From assembly GCA_016788785.1 (NCBI GenBank), contig JAEUSM010000013.1, forward strand, positions 56,771-120,770: a stretch of 64,000 nt of DNA, in the 5' to 3' direction. The notes under the pieces are model-generated. The model searched no databases, was not told the DNA's origin, and saw nothing but the letters and a program-made list of their open reading frames with translations. Positions within the stretch are counted from its first letter, which is position 1. Each line of letters starts with the position of its first letter. This DNA is from Candidatus Kapaibacterium sp. Its GTDB lineage: Bacteria; Bacteroidota; Ignavibacteria; Kapaibacteriales; JAEUSM01. The translations under genes were made by a program, and so were the position numbers. This document shows positions 47,083-56,136 of the stretch, one piece after another.

Positions 47083-47646
47083 TTATTTATTTGGATTTAC
47101 CCACTGAACATCTTGAACATTATTTTTGAAATTGACATATCGGGCTGCTGTAAATAAGTAGTCCGAAAGTCTATTCAAAAATGGAATGATTGACTCTCCA
47201 ATATCTTCTTGCTCGGACAAATATACCGCCAAACGTTCTGCTCTTCGGCAAACCGTTCGTGCCAAATGAAGATAAGCAGCGGCTTTAGTTCCACCGGGAA
47301 GAATGAAATTTTTGAGAGGTTCTAACTCTTCATCATATTGGTCGATGAATTGCTCCAACCAAATGCTATGTGATTGGTCAATTCGTGGTATTGGGTATTT
47401 TGGCTCAGGATCAAGTGGCGTTGCTAGGTCTGCACCAACAGAAAATAACAATGAAGAGAGTTGCAATAACGTCGTTTGTACAGCCGGTGGTACATTTTCT
47501 TCTGTTAATGCAAGACCAATTGTAGCGTTCAATTCGTCTACTGTACCGTAGGTTTCGATGCGAATGGAATGTTTTGATACACGCGTTCCGCCAAAAAGTG
47601 CAGTCGTACCCTTATCCCCAGTTTTCGTATATATTTTAAATGACAT
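47083..47646 (-). CDS. PduO-type ATP:cob(I)alamin adenosyltransferase
   Basis: The N-terminus 'MSFKIYTKTGDKGTTALFGGTRVSKHSIRIETYGTVDELNATIG' is the canonical PduO/MMAB signature, and the protein is 187 aa long. Confidence 0.8.
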   Translation of the reverse strand: MSFKIYTKTGDKGTTALFGGTRVSKHSIRIETYGTVDELNATIGLALTEENVPPAVQTTLLQLSSLLFSVGADLATPLDPEPKYPIPRIDQSHSIWLEQFIDQYDEELEPLKNFILPGGTKAAAYLHLARTVCRRAERLAVYLSEQEDIGESIIPFLNRLSDYLFTAARYVNFKNNVQDVQWVNPNK

Positions 47647-47769
47647 ATTGATTGGTTTTCTGAAAAAAACTATAGACGTTTATGTATACAAGAAAATATA
47701 CAACTAATTTTTTGTATATTTGTACATTGGAAATTAAATTTATTAATATCTATCACTATTTTAAGGGCA

Positions 47770-48771
47770 TTGCTCATGAAATTTCAAAAACGAATTCTTG
47801 CTTCCTTAGTATTAGCAAGTACAGTATTCTTCGTATCGTGCGAAGAAAATTCTCTTATCGATCCGCCATCTGGAACCCCAATGGCACCAACAAATGTATT
47901 GGTTTCTACTAGATCAGAAACATCAATTGCTGTTCGTTGGTCACGTCCCTCTGCTGACACAGTTACTGCAACTGGTTATGATGTTATTGCAACTCCAGCA
48001 TCTGGATCTCCAATTACTGTTTCTGCATCTGGAACAGACTCAATTGCTACTGTAACCGGTCTAACGGAAGGAACTATATACACATTTACTGTCCGTGCAA
48101 AAGCTGGTAGCAATATGTCTGCTGCCTCATCTGGTGTAATGTGGGCTCCTGCTAAACGTACAACTGTTGCAGGAAGAATGTATGTATCAGCATCTTCTCA
48201 AGGAAGTGGTTTAAATCTTGCAACTGGTGCAAATCTTACAATTGCAAATGGTGGTCAATGGGATTTATGTTTAGATGACAAAGATGGAAATATTCTTGTT
48301 GGTTCTCCAGGGGTTTCTGGATATGTAACTGAAGCTCCTAATGGTGATTATGTTTTTTCAAATGGTCAATTAGCTAAAATCGTTCGTTTAAGAGGTGCTA
48401 CTTATAGAGCAACTTCTTTAAATGATATTTGGGAATCTTCTAGTTTAGGTGACGGTAATATTTCTGGTGATGGAGCAAATCAATTCAAAGAGCGTCTATT
48501 TGACTTAGGAACAATTAATGCTGCTCAGGGTGGCTTAGGATTTGTTGCTGCAGTTTTCTCTGGGGCAAACACTACTACTCCAATAAATTATGCTAAAGTC
48601 TTAGTTAAATCTGTTGGAGGTTCTTTTGTTCAAGGCACTGGTAGTGGTCGTTATGTCGAGGTTGAAGTTTCTTACCAAACTGCTCAAAACACTCCATACG
48701 CAATTTCTAAAATTGTTGATTTTGGTGGTGCTAGATCTACTTCTAATATGATTCTTAAAGCAAGCAACTAA
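47770..48771 (+). CDS. lipoprotein with fibronectin type III domain
   Basis: The lipobox reads 'LVLASTVFFVSCEEN'. An FN3-like segment follows ('PTNVLVSTRSETSIAVRWSRP...GTIYTFTVRAKAG'). Confidence 0.6.
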   Translation: MLMKFQKRILASLVLASTVFFVSCEENSLIDPPSGTPMAPTNVLVSTRSETSIAVRWSRPSADTVTATGYDVIATPASGSPITVSASGTDSIATVTGLTEGTIYTFTVRAKAGSNMSAASSGVMWAPAKRTTVAGRMYVSASSQGSGLNLATGANLTIANGGQWDLCLDDKDGNILVGSPGVSGYVTEAPNGDYVFSNGQLAKIVRLRGATYRATSLNDIWESSSLGDGNISGDGANQFKERLFDLGTINAAQGGLGFVAAVFSGANTTTPINYAKVLVKSVGGSFVQGTGSGRYVEVEVSYQTAQNTPYAISKIVDFGGARSTSNMILKASN

Positions 48772-48795
48772 TTTGTTTTCTTAAAAGAACAATAA

Positions 48796-48823
48796 AAGGC
48801 GACCTTTGGTCGCCTTTTTTATT
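48796..48823. terminator. intrinsic terminator between convergent lipoprotein genes
   Basis: The sequence 'aggcgacctttggtcgcctttttta' is a GC stem with a T6 run. Confidence 0.7.
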
Positions 48824-48842
48824 TAAAATTATAGCAAAGGAA

Positions 48843-49235
48843 TTATCTGCCTTGTCTTTTTTGTACAGATGCTGGTTCTGATGGAGTAGCAGGTGCAGGA
48901 GTTTCTCCGCGACCTTCACGTTTTTGAACTGATGCTGGATTTGTACCATCACCACCTGTTGATTTTGGCTTTTCAGTAGCTTTAGCTTTTGTTGCTGGAG
49001 CTTTTTTCGCTGCAGCTTCTGCTTTTGCGATTGAATCAGCTACTGCTGCTGCTTTTGCAATTGAGTCTTTGATTGCAGCCGAATCAACAACTGGCGTCGG
49101 TGCTGGTTGTTCTACAGGTGCAGGAGTTGGAGGTGGCATTGGAACTGGCTCTTCTGCCTTTTTTTGGCAAGAAACGCTAAGTACTGCAACACCGATTCCT
49201 AAAAGGAATGTTTTTGTAAGAAATGAGAATTTCAT
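48843..49235 (-). CDS. Pro/Ala-rich lipoprotein
   Basis: It has a signal plus lipobox 'LLGIGVAVLSVSCQKK', a 'PVPMPPPTPAPVEQPAPTPVV' tract and a repeated 'DSIAKAAA' unit. Confidence 0.5.
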   Translation of the reverse strand: MKFSFLTKTFLLGIGVAVLSVSCQKKAEEPVPMPPPTPAPVEQPAPTPVVDSAAIKDSIAKAAAVADSIAKAEAAAKKAPATKAKATEKPKSTGGDGTNPASVQKREGRGETPAPATPSEPASVQKRQGR

Positions 49236-49279
49236 GGAAAGTAACCTTGAAATTAATGATAAAATAGAATAGAAAAAAT

Positions 49280-49825
49280 TTATTTAACTAATTGCGAAAT
49301 TGCCTTAAATTGTTCTGTTCCTGCTATTCGAAGCAATTCGAACAGAATCGATTCTTTTGTTGTTATGATTGCACCTTCAGCTCGTAAACGCTCTACTGCA
49401 ACGTTATGGTCATTTTCGGAACGTGAACCCACACAATCGATCGGTACAACCGGTGTATATCCACGCTCTACCAAATCTAAAGCTGTTTGTAAAACACATA
49501 CATGCGTTTCAATTCCACACAGAATTACACGTTTTTTGTTCGTATCGCGAAGCAATTTCACATTTGCGTCATCGCCCAATACGGAAAAGCATATTTTCTC
49601 TGTTGGTTGATACGCCTCACCAAGTGTTTGTTTAATGGAAGGGATTGTCGTTCCCAAACCTTTTGTGTATTGCTCAAATACAAATGTTTGAACTTCTAAT
49701 GCTTTCAATCCCAATAACAACGTATTAATGGAAGTTTCTAATGGAGAGTGATTGTTAATATGTGGAAACAAACGTTCTTGGACATCAACAACGAAAGCTA
49801 TGGTATTCGAACAAGTTATTAGCAT
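49280..49825 (-). CDS. isochorismatase-family hydrolase
   Basis: Matching segments are 'IAFVVDVQERLF' and 'VILCGIETHVCVLQTALDLVERGYTPVVPIDCVGSRSENDHNVAVERLRAEGAIITT'. The start is taken at 'MLITCSN', while the ORF maximum is 49882. Confidence 0.75.
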   Translation of the reverse strand: MLITCSNTIAFVVDVQERLFPHINNHSPLETSINTLLLGLKALEVQTFVFEQYTKGLGTTIPSIKQTLGEAYQPTEKICFSVLGDDANVKLLRDTNKKRVILCGIETHVCVLQTALDLVERGYTPVVPIDCVGSRSENDHNVAVERLRAEGAIITTKESILFELLRIAGTEQFKAISQLVK

Positions 49826-49961
49826 GCAACAGGTAGATTTTAGATTATTATTTAGAAACCATTTCTCTAAATTTGGTACCAAAATACAACGTTTCTTTAT
49901 AATTTCAAAATTTAAACTATATTTGAAAATATTTCCTACTTTTTAGCTTCTACCTATATCC

Positions 49962-50855
49962 ATGAATTCTTTTTTAACTTCTCTTTTCTTGTTCGTAACT
50001 ATTTGTTCATTGACATTAAGCAATTTATACGCTCAAGATAGTTTGTATACTATCAAAGCCTATGAATATTCGTTACTTTCTAATCCTATAACGAAGCTTA
50101 AAGTACAATGGAATATACCTCAATTGTTTCCAACGAACAACTCAAAACTTCCGAAAGACTCTCCCATCTTAAGGAATTTTTTATCAATAAACAGACAGAT
50201 TCTCCAACAAACAATTCTCTTGGTAACTGATTATAAAGAACAGGCAAAGGTTCAAAAAAACATCAAAAACTATCCGTTTGAGGAATTGGATACTACCTTA
50301 CAAGTATTAGCAACCATCATAAGTCAATCTCAAGCGAATATTACCGAAGACTCCCTTATCAAAAAAGGTGGCTCAGTGATGGAATATGAAGTTTTGCATA
50401 AAGACAGCAAATTAGTATCAATTAATCAATTCTATTCACCTACTTCGGAGGACTTGGCAACGTTTTTTGTATCCTTTGCAAGTTATTATCTTCCAACTGG
50501 CGAGAAATTGGATATCAGCACTATGCTCGATGAGAAAAAAACATACTTCCTTGTTGAGGCAATTTCCTCACGCGTGAGTGACATTTCTAACAATGAAACT
50601 ACATGGCAACAATATGCAGAAGCTGTTCGAGATATTTATACCTACTGTAAATCAAAAACGAAAAATCAACAACAACTGTCATCTATGTTTTGGAAAGAAT
50701 TACAACTGGATCATTACTTCACCCCAACCCATTTAGTTTTGTGGACACCATTAGAAAACTCAACATCTATCCTCGAATCTGATGTATTGGAAGTCCCATT
50801 GTCATTATTTTCAAAAGCCATGAAGCCAAAGTATCAGAAGATGTTTGTGAAATAA
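49962..50855 (+). CDS. secreted hypothetical protein
   Basis: The 297-aa protein has a signal peptide ('MNSFLTSLFLFVTICSLTLSNLYAQ') and no recognisable motifs. Confidence 0.5.
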   Translation: MNSFLTSLFLFVTICSLTLSNLYAQDSLYTIKAYEYSLLSNPITKLKVQWNIPQLFPTNNSKLPKDSPILRNFLSINRQILQQTILLVTDYKEQAKVQKNIKNYPFEELDTTLQVLATIISQSQANITEDSLIKKGGSVMEYEVLHKDSKLVSINQFYSPTSEDLATFFVSFASYYLPTGEKLDISTMLDEKKTYFLVEAISSRVSDISNNETTWQQYAEAVRDIYTYCKSKTKNQQQLSSMFWKELQLDHYFTPTHLVLWTPLENSTSILESDVLEVPLSLFSKAMKPKYQKMFVK

Positions 50856-50934
50856 ACATAACATTTCTATAAACGGCTGAGGTTCTCGAAGCCATTGTAA
50901 TTATAACGGTGGTTTCGAGTGCCTCAACCACCCT

Positions 50935-52974
50935 TTACTTCCCCTTTTCCAACCAAAAGGTATTCATTGTTCCTTTGCCTTTTATGGAAATTTCTCCTCT
51001 GGGTATGAGTGAGAATTCTGGGTATGATTCGATTGATTTTGCAAATTGTTCGCTGATGTGGATACGACCAGCTTCTGAGTTAGATTCCATACGTGAGGCT
51101 ACGTTTACTGCATCTCCCCAGAGGTCATAGGTGTATTTGTTTTTGCCGATGATACCTGCAACGACTTCACCTGTGTGGATTCCAATGCGAATTTCGATAT
51201 CGTTCATATCCTTTATCCAATTGGTATCACCCAAATCTGATGGAATATTGACGACAAAGTCTCGCATTGTTATGAGAAGTTGGAGTGCAGCTTGGGCAGT
51301 TGCTTTTTGGTGATTTTCGAGGGGAGTTGTTACATTGCCTACTGCCAAATACCCATCACCAATGGTTTTGATTTTTTCTAAACCGAATGTTTCAACCACT
51401 TCATCCGCTTTTTGGAAGATAGCGTCAAGAAGATAAACAATTTGCTTTGGTGGTGCAATCGAGGCAAGTGACGTAAACCCAACCAAATCCATAAAAAGAA
51501 CAGAAGCAGTTTCAAAGTGGTCGGCAATAGGATTTTCGCCCTTTACTAAGCGATCAGTTACAGAATCAGGAAGTATATTTCGAAGAATACTTTCACGTTC
51601 TTCGTATCTTGCTCTTTCAACAGCTATTTGTTTTTCACGTTCAGCTGTTTTACGTTCATTGTCAAATCGATCTGCTTGTTTTTTTGCTTCGATGGATTGA
51701 ATTTCTTTTTCGAGTGCTATAGATTTAGTTTGAAATTCTAAAGCTTCTTTATAATGTTCTTCGTTTAGTCTAAGCTTATGTAATTGTTCATAAGCTTCTT
51801 TTCTTACAACTTTTGCACCTATTTCCTCAGCTAAAACTAACGATTTTTGAAGATACACTTCTGCTTTTTTTACATCATAGTATGTTGATTCTTTGGTTGC
51901 ATAAACAGACCCAATATTCCCAAGGTTACTTGCAATACCGACTTTATTCCCAATTTCTTCATTGATGTGAAATGCTTTTGAGTAATACTCTATAGCTTTG
52001 GGGTAGTCCGAAAGACTCTTGTAAACAATCCCAATATTCCCAAGGTTTATTGCAATCCCAACTTTGTTTCCAATTTCTTCATTGATATGTAATGCTTTTG
52101 TATAATACTCTAATGCTTTGGGGTAGTCTGAAAGATTCCAGTAAACAATCCCAATATTCATAAGGTTAGTTGCAATTCCAACTTTATTCCCAATTTCTTC
52201 AAAAATAGGTAATGCTTTTGAGTAATACTCTAATGCTTTTGGGTAGTCCGATAGATTAGAATAAACATTCCCAATACTCACAAGGTTACTTACAATTCCT
52301 AATTTGTTTCCAATTTCTTCAAAAATAAGTAATGCTTTTGAATAATACTCTAATGCTTTGGGGTAGTCCGAAAGATCTGAGTAAACAAGCCCAATATTCC
52401 CAAGGTTAGCTGCATTACCATATTTACTTCCAATTTCTTCACCGATGTGTAATGCTTTTGAGTAATACTCTAATGCTTTGGGGTAGTCCGAAAGATAATT
52501 ATAAACATTCCCAATATTCCCAAGGTTACTTGCAATACCAACCTTGTTTCCAATTTCTTCTAATATGAGTAATGCTTTTGAATAATACTCTAATGCTTTG
52601 GGGTAGTCCGAAAGATCTGAGTAAACAAGCCCAATATTCCCAAGGACACTAGCAATACCTCTTTTGTTTTCAATTTCTTCAGAGATAAGCAATGACTTTG
52701 AAAGATACTCTAATGCTTTGGGGTAGTCCGAAAGATTCCAGTAAACAATCCCAAGTGAATTATAGACCTCTGCAAGAGATTTGGCATCGTCTTGGATTGC
52801 TTGTTGTTCCAAGAGTTCGTAAGCAAATACCTTTGCTTCTTGATTTTGAGAAGTTCTCCAAAGATTATCTAATTTTTCTTTTGCTTGTTGTATTTCTTCG
52901 GGTGTCATTACGGTTTTGGAAGGTTGCATTGGATTTTGTCGTACGAATATACAAAAATAACGACATTCAGCCAC
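50935..52974 (-). CDS. TPR-repeat class III adenylate cyclase (paralogue 3)
   Basis: The 679-aa protein has a catalytic domain almost identical to that of 13925..15898 ('ILPDSVTDRLVKGENPIADHFETASVLFMDLVGFT...IKTIGDGYLAV...RIGIHTGEVVAGIIGKNKYTYDLWGDAVNVASRMES'). It contains about seven near-identical 40-aa TPR units. Confidence 0.85.
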   Translation of the reverse strand: MAECRYFCIFVRQNPMQPSKTVMTPEEIQQAKEKLDNLWRTSQNQEAKVFAYELLEQQAIQDDAKSLAEVYNSLGIVYWNLSDYPKALEYLSKSLLISEEIENKRGIASVLGNIGLVYSDLSDYPKALEYYSKALLILEEIGNKVGIASNLGNIGNVYNYLSDYPKALEYYSKALHIGEEIGSKYGNAANLGNIGLVYSDLSDYPKALEYYSKALLIFEEIGNKLGIVSNLVSIGNVYSNLSDYPKALEYYSKALPIFEEIGNKVGIATNLMNIGIVYWNLSDYPKALEYYTKALHINEEIGNKVGIAINLGNIGIVYKSLSDYPKAIEYYSKAFHINEEIGNKVGIASNLGNIGSVYATKESTYYDVKKAEVYLQKSLVLAEEIGAKVVRKEAYEQLHKLRLNEEHYKEALEFQTKSIALEKEIQSIEAKKQADRFDNERKTAEREKQIAVERARYEERESILRNILPDSVTDRLVKGENPIADHFETASVLFMDLVGFTSLASIAPPKQIVYLLDAIFQKADEVVETFGLEKIKTIGDGYLAVGNVTTPLENHQKATAQAALQLLITMRDFVVNIPSDLGDTNWIKDMNDIEIRIGIHTGEVVAGIIGKNKYTYDLWGDAVNVASRMESNSEAGRIHISEQFAKSIESYPEFSLIPRGEISIKGKGTMNTFWLEKGK
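51895..52765 (-). repeat. about seven tandem copies of a 120-bp (40-codon) repeat inside the adenylate cyclase 3 coding sequence
   Basis: The 120-bp unit 'caatttcttc...aatgcttttgagtaatactctaatgctttggggtagtccgaaagat...gtaaacaa.cccaatattcccaaggtta.ttgcaat.cc.a.tttgtttc' recurs with roughly 85-95% identity. Each copy encodes one 'NLGNIG.VY.(N/D)LSDYPKALEYYSKAL' unit. Confidence 0.85.
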
Positions 52975-53300
52975 TATCTAAAGATAGTGGCACTTCGTAT
53001 ATGGAAATTTGTCCCCCCTCTCCCCGTACCCTCTCCCCAAAGGGGCGAGGGAGTTGTTTTGTTCTTGTAGAGACGCACGGACGTGCGTCTCTGAAGATTC
53101 CACCCCGCCATTTAATGGCACCCCTCAAGAGGGGAACCCAAAGATATCTCCCTCTCCCCTTGAGGGAGAGGGTTGGGGTGAGGGGTCATTCTGAATCAAT
53201 GGGCAGACTCGTAGGTCTGCCCCTATAAAATTTCAAAAAAGTTCGACCTCGCCACATTACGACTACGCTCAGTGACCATGGCAGTCCTTAAGAGGGGAAC
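52950..53300. repeat. GC-rich mosaic hairpin array 7
   Basis: Module B 'gccactatctaaagatagtggc' is at 52970-52991 and module A (reverse complement) at 53013-53053. Module C 'gagacgcacggacgtgcgtctc' is at 53070-53091 and the hairpin 'gccatttaatggc' at 53107-53119. Module E 'cccctcaagagggg' is at 53122-53135 and module A-prime (reverse complement) at 53146-53190. The hairpin 'gggcagactcgtaggtctgccc' is at 53200-53222, module D at 53246-53283 and module E 'ccttaagagggg' at 53286-53297. Confidence 0.8.
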
Positions 53301-53345
53301 CAACATTTTTACAATCATTTGATGACTTATGTTGTCGAAATTGAC

Positions 53346-53380
53346 CAAAAAAAAACCTACTGTTTTCAGTAGGTTTTTTC
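53346..53380. terminator. bidirectional intrinsic terminator downstream of the SDR gene
   Basis: The sequence 'aaaaaaaaacctactgttttcagtaggttttttc' is a stem flanked by an A9 run and a T6 run. Confidence 0.7.
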
Positions 53381-53404
53381 ATTTTGAAGCCATGATAAAA
53401 CAAC

Positions 53405-54217
53405 TTATTGTTGTTCCCACCATGTAAGGTCGATAGAATCTTCACCTCCGTCAACACCAAGTACTGTTCCATTGATCCAGGCAGCTTCTTTTTGAGAAAG
53501 AAGTACTAACACATTGGCAACATCTTCTGGAGTTGTCAATTTGTGGAAAGGATTGCGGTTGTATGCATTAGCTATCAATTTGTCATTTCCTGGAATTTTG
53601 CGAAGTGCCGGTGTGTCAGTTACTCCTGCTCGAATAGTATTGCAGGTTACATTGTATGGAGCTAATTCTAACGCCAATTGTCGTGTGTACGACTCCAAAG
53701 CCGCTTTTGCTGCAGAAACCGCACCATAGGTAGGTATTGCACGATTAGAGCCAGAACTTGTAAGAGATGCTACACGCCCACCTTGAGAGAACAGACCTGC
53801 AGAAATGAGATCTTGTGTCCAATAGATAAGCGAATTAGCCATCACATCCATTGTCATTTCAATACTTTTTTGGGTAATAGAATCAGTTGGTTTTTCAGCA
53901 ATGAATGGTTTCAATGTTCCAAACGCTAATGAATGTAACATAAACCAAACTGCTCCACCAGTTTGATTGCAACGATTTTTGATTGCTTCCACAACGGTTG
54001 CACGGTTAGTAGCATCAGCAGCATTCACATTGAAAAATTCAGCTGTAACACCTTTTGCAGTTATTTCTGTTTTTAATTCTTCGACCGCTGCCAAACCTGC
54101 CGCTCTATCTAAATGAACACCAATGATGTGATATCCTTTTTCCGCCAATGCCAAACAAGCCGCTTTACCAAAACCGCTTGAGGCTCCTAAAATGACCGCA
54201 TATAATGGTGTACTCAT
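53405..54217 (-). CDS. short-chain dehydrogenase/reductase (SDR) family oxidoreductase, enoyl-ACP-reductase-like
   Basis: The dinucleotide-binding motif is 'AVILGASSGFGKAACLALAEKGYHIIGV', and the catalytic region contains '...YGAVSAAKAALES'. The start is taken at 'MSTPLY', while the ORF maximum is 54265. Confidence 0.7.
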   Translation of the reverse strand: MSTPLYAVILGASSGFGKAACLALAEKGYHIIGVHLDRAAGLAAVEELKTEITAKGVTAEFFNVNAADATNRATVVEAIKNRCNQTGGAVWFMLHSLAFGTLKPFIAEKPTDSITQKSIEMTMDVMANSLIYWTQDLISAGLFSQGGRVASLTSSGSNRAIPTYGAVSAAKAALESYTRQLALELAPYNVTCNTIRAGVTDTPALRKIPGNDKLIANAYNRNPFHKLTTPEDVANVLVLLSQKEAAWINGTVLGVDGGEDSIDLTWWEQQ

Positions 54218-54305
54218 TCTCAATCTTTCTATGTCTAAAGGTATAATTTTGAAATATATATACAAAAATACAAAGATTCTATCAAAATAGAAAGTTTATA
54301 GAAAT

Positions 54306-56048
54306 TCACGCCCCAAACCACACATATTTGTATTTAAGTAAGTTCATTGCGTTCATAGGGTTGTCCTTTACGTATGGTTGCAATAAACGGTAGTGCATTT
54401 CATAGAACAGGATTATCGAAGGGACATCATTGGTGGCAAGTTGTTCTGCTTCTCGGTACAAAGCGTATTGTTTGGTAGGGTCAGTTGTTTGCACTGCTTG
54501 TTGCAACAAGTTATTGACAGTTGGGTTGTTGTAGCGAGTATTGTTTGGATACGATGGTAAGGTCGTGTCCGACGGAACAGTTGTACCATCCCAAAGCATA
54601 ATATAATTTTCTGGGTCTGGGTAATCTCCATACCAACGAGAACCCCAAAAAGGAAGTTTCCCCAAATCTGTGAATTGCAAAAATTCTGAAAACTGAATGA
54701 TTTGCAATCGAACTTTTATATTGAGTGTTTCTGTGAGCATTTGCTGAATGGCTTCTGCAACCTGCACTAATTTCGGTTCTTGGTAAATAAAGAGTGTAAT
54801 TTCTGGGAAATTACTTCCATTGGGATATCCAGCTTTTGCCATATTTTCTAAGGCTAAAGTAGGATTATAATTCATTCCCTTGATAGAATCAATTGGATAG
54901 GCAGGTATAACTGGTGGGGTGATACCATGGTTTCCGGGTTTATAAGGAGAATTTCGCAATACATACCGAACTATTTTTTCTTTATCAATTGCATAGGCAA
55001 AAGCTCGACGTACATACACATTATTGTAAGGATATTTTTGGGTGTTAAAATGAAACATCCACGTTAAAAGTGCTGGTTCTGCTTGTAAGGTAACAGAACG
55101 ATAGGCTTTTGTTGTTTTAGTTTTTGATGGGTCAACAACATTGTCGAAAAATTCCGTTGGAATAGTATATGACTCCTCAAAAGAGCCTTTCATAAATTCA
55201 GAAAATTGAATTTTATCATCTTTGATAAAGGAAAATTCTATTTCATTAAGAAAAGGTAATCGATTATTGTGGTTGTCATATTCCCAGTAATTTGGATTGC
55301 GTTTGAGAAGAATATGCATATCGTCTTTCCATTCTGAAAACACGAATGGACCTGAACCAACGGGATTACGAAAATACATATCTTTGTAATACTCAACTGC
55401 TTCTTTCGGCAACACCATTGCAAACGAATTACCGAGTAACATCAACAATGGTGAATACGGCTGAATAAGTGTGATAGTGAACGTAGAGTCGTTCAGAGCC
55501 TTCAGTCCAGTTAATTCCTTAATAGGTGTTCCACCATTTGTTCGAGAAGTATAATATTCTGTGGCACCGACAACCTTATCTTTGAATGCCCAAAAATGAG
55601 CTGTTTTCGTCGTTGGGTCACACGAACGAGATAAAGAATAGACAACATCAGAGGCGATTACTTTTCGACCTTTACCATTTGGAAAGCATTTGTTGTCGTG
55701 AAAAAATGCGTCCGTACGAAGATGAAAGGTATACAGTAAGCCATCAGGACTTATTTCCCAAGATTTGGCAAGTTCTGGTTTGACAACCATATTCGAGTCA
55801 AAGGTCAAAAGATGGTCATAAATCTGCGAAGAGATATCGGATGCTAATTTGCTGGTTATCAAAACAGGATCTAAAGCATTGGGATTACCTCGCACCATAT
55901 TAACCCTATAAATTCCACCGAAATTTTTTCCACCATTCGCTGGTTTTAGATTCGCAACAATTTGCTCCTCAGAACTTCCATTGTTACAAGAACTTATAGT
56001 GGAAATTAGACAAATAATTGCAAATAAATATGTATATTTGGGAAACAT
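54306..56048 (-). CDS. ABC transporter substrate-binding lipoprotein, family 5 (oligopeptide/dipeptide-type)
   Basis: The 580-aa protein has a lipobox 'LISTISSCNNG'. Its overall SBP_bac_5-like organisation rests on the length and conserved Trp/Tyr-rich segments ('NPNYWEYD', 'WGSRWYGDYPDPENY'). Confidence 0.7.
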   Translation of the reverse strand: MFPKYTYLFAIICLISTISSCNNGSSEEQIVANLKPANGGKNFGGIYRVNMVRGNPNALDPVLITSKLASDISSQIYDHLLTFDSNMVVKPELAKSWEISPDGLLYTFHLRTDAFFHDNKCFPNGKGRKVIASDVVYSLSRSCDPTTKTAHFWAFKDKVVGATEYYTSRTNGGTPIKELTGLKALNDSTFTITLIQPYSPLLMLLGNSFAMVLPKEAVEYYKDMYFRNPVGSGPFVFSEWKDDMHILLKRNPNYWEYDNHNNRLPFLNEIEFSFIKDDKIQFSEFMKGSFEESYTIPTEFFDNVVDPSKTKTTKAYRSVTLQAEPALLTWMFHFNTQKYPYNNVYVRRAFAYAIDKEKIVRYVLRNSPYKPGNHGITPPVIPAYPIDSIKGMNYNPTLALENMAKAGYPNGSNFPEITLFIYQEPKLVQVAEAIQQMLTETLNIKVRLQIIQFSEFLQFTDLGKLPFWGSRWYGDYPDPENYIMLWDGTTVPSDTTLPSYPNNTRYNNPTVNNLLQQAVQTTDPTKQYALYREAEQLATNDVPSIILFYEMHYRLLQPYVKDNPMNAMNLLKYKYVWFGA

Positions 56049-56136
56049 TGTAAATTCTTTTTGTAATTGTAAAAAGCAATTTTTCGTAAGAAACGAACAA
56101 AAAATACGAATTTTTCTTCAGTAAGCACTAAAAAAT

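Noticed and set aside
48843-49235. The Pro/Ala-rich lipoprotein as a TonB or collagen-like protein
   Set aside because: The Pro-rich tract is short (about 25 aa) and there is no TonB C-terminal domain or Gly-X-Y repeat. It is kept as a generic lipoprotein.
5170-53300. Possibility that the repeated GC-rich elements form a CRISPR array
   Set aside because: There is no constant-length direct repeat alternating with unique spacers. The modules are of different kinds, in both orientations, without regular periodicity, and no cas genes are in the window.
53405-54217. The SDR gene as the missing DprE2 partner of the DprE1 operon
   Set aside because: It is 12 kb away on the opposite strand with its own terminator. 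Its sequence resembles FabI/FabL-type enoyl-reductases rather than DprE2, so no functional link can be supported from sequence.
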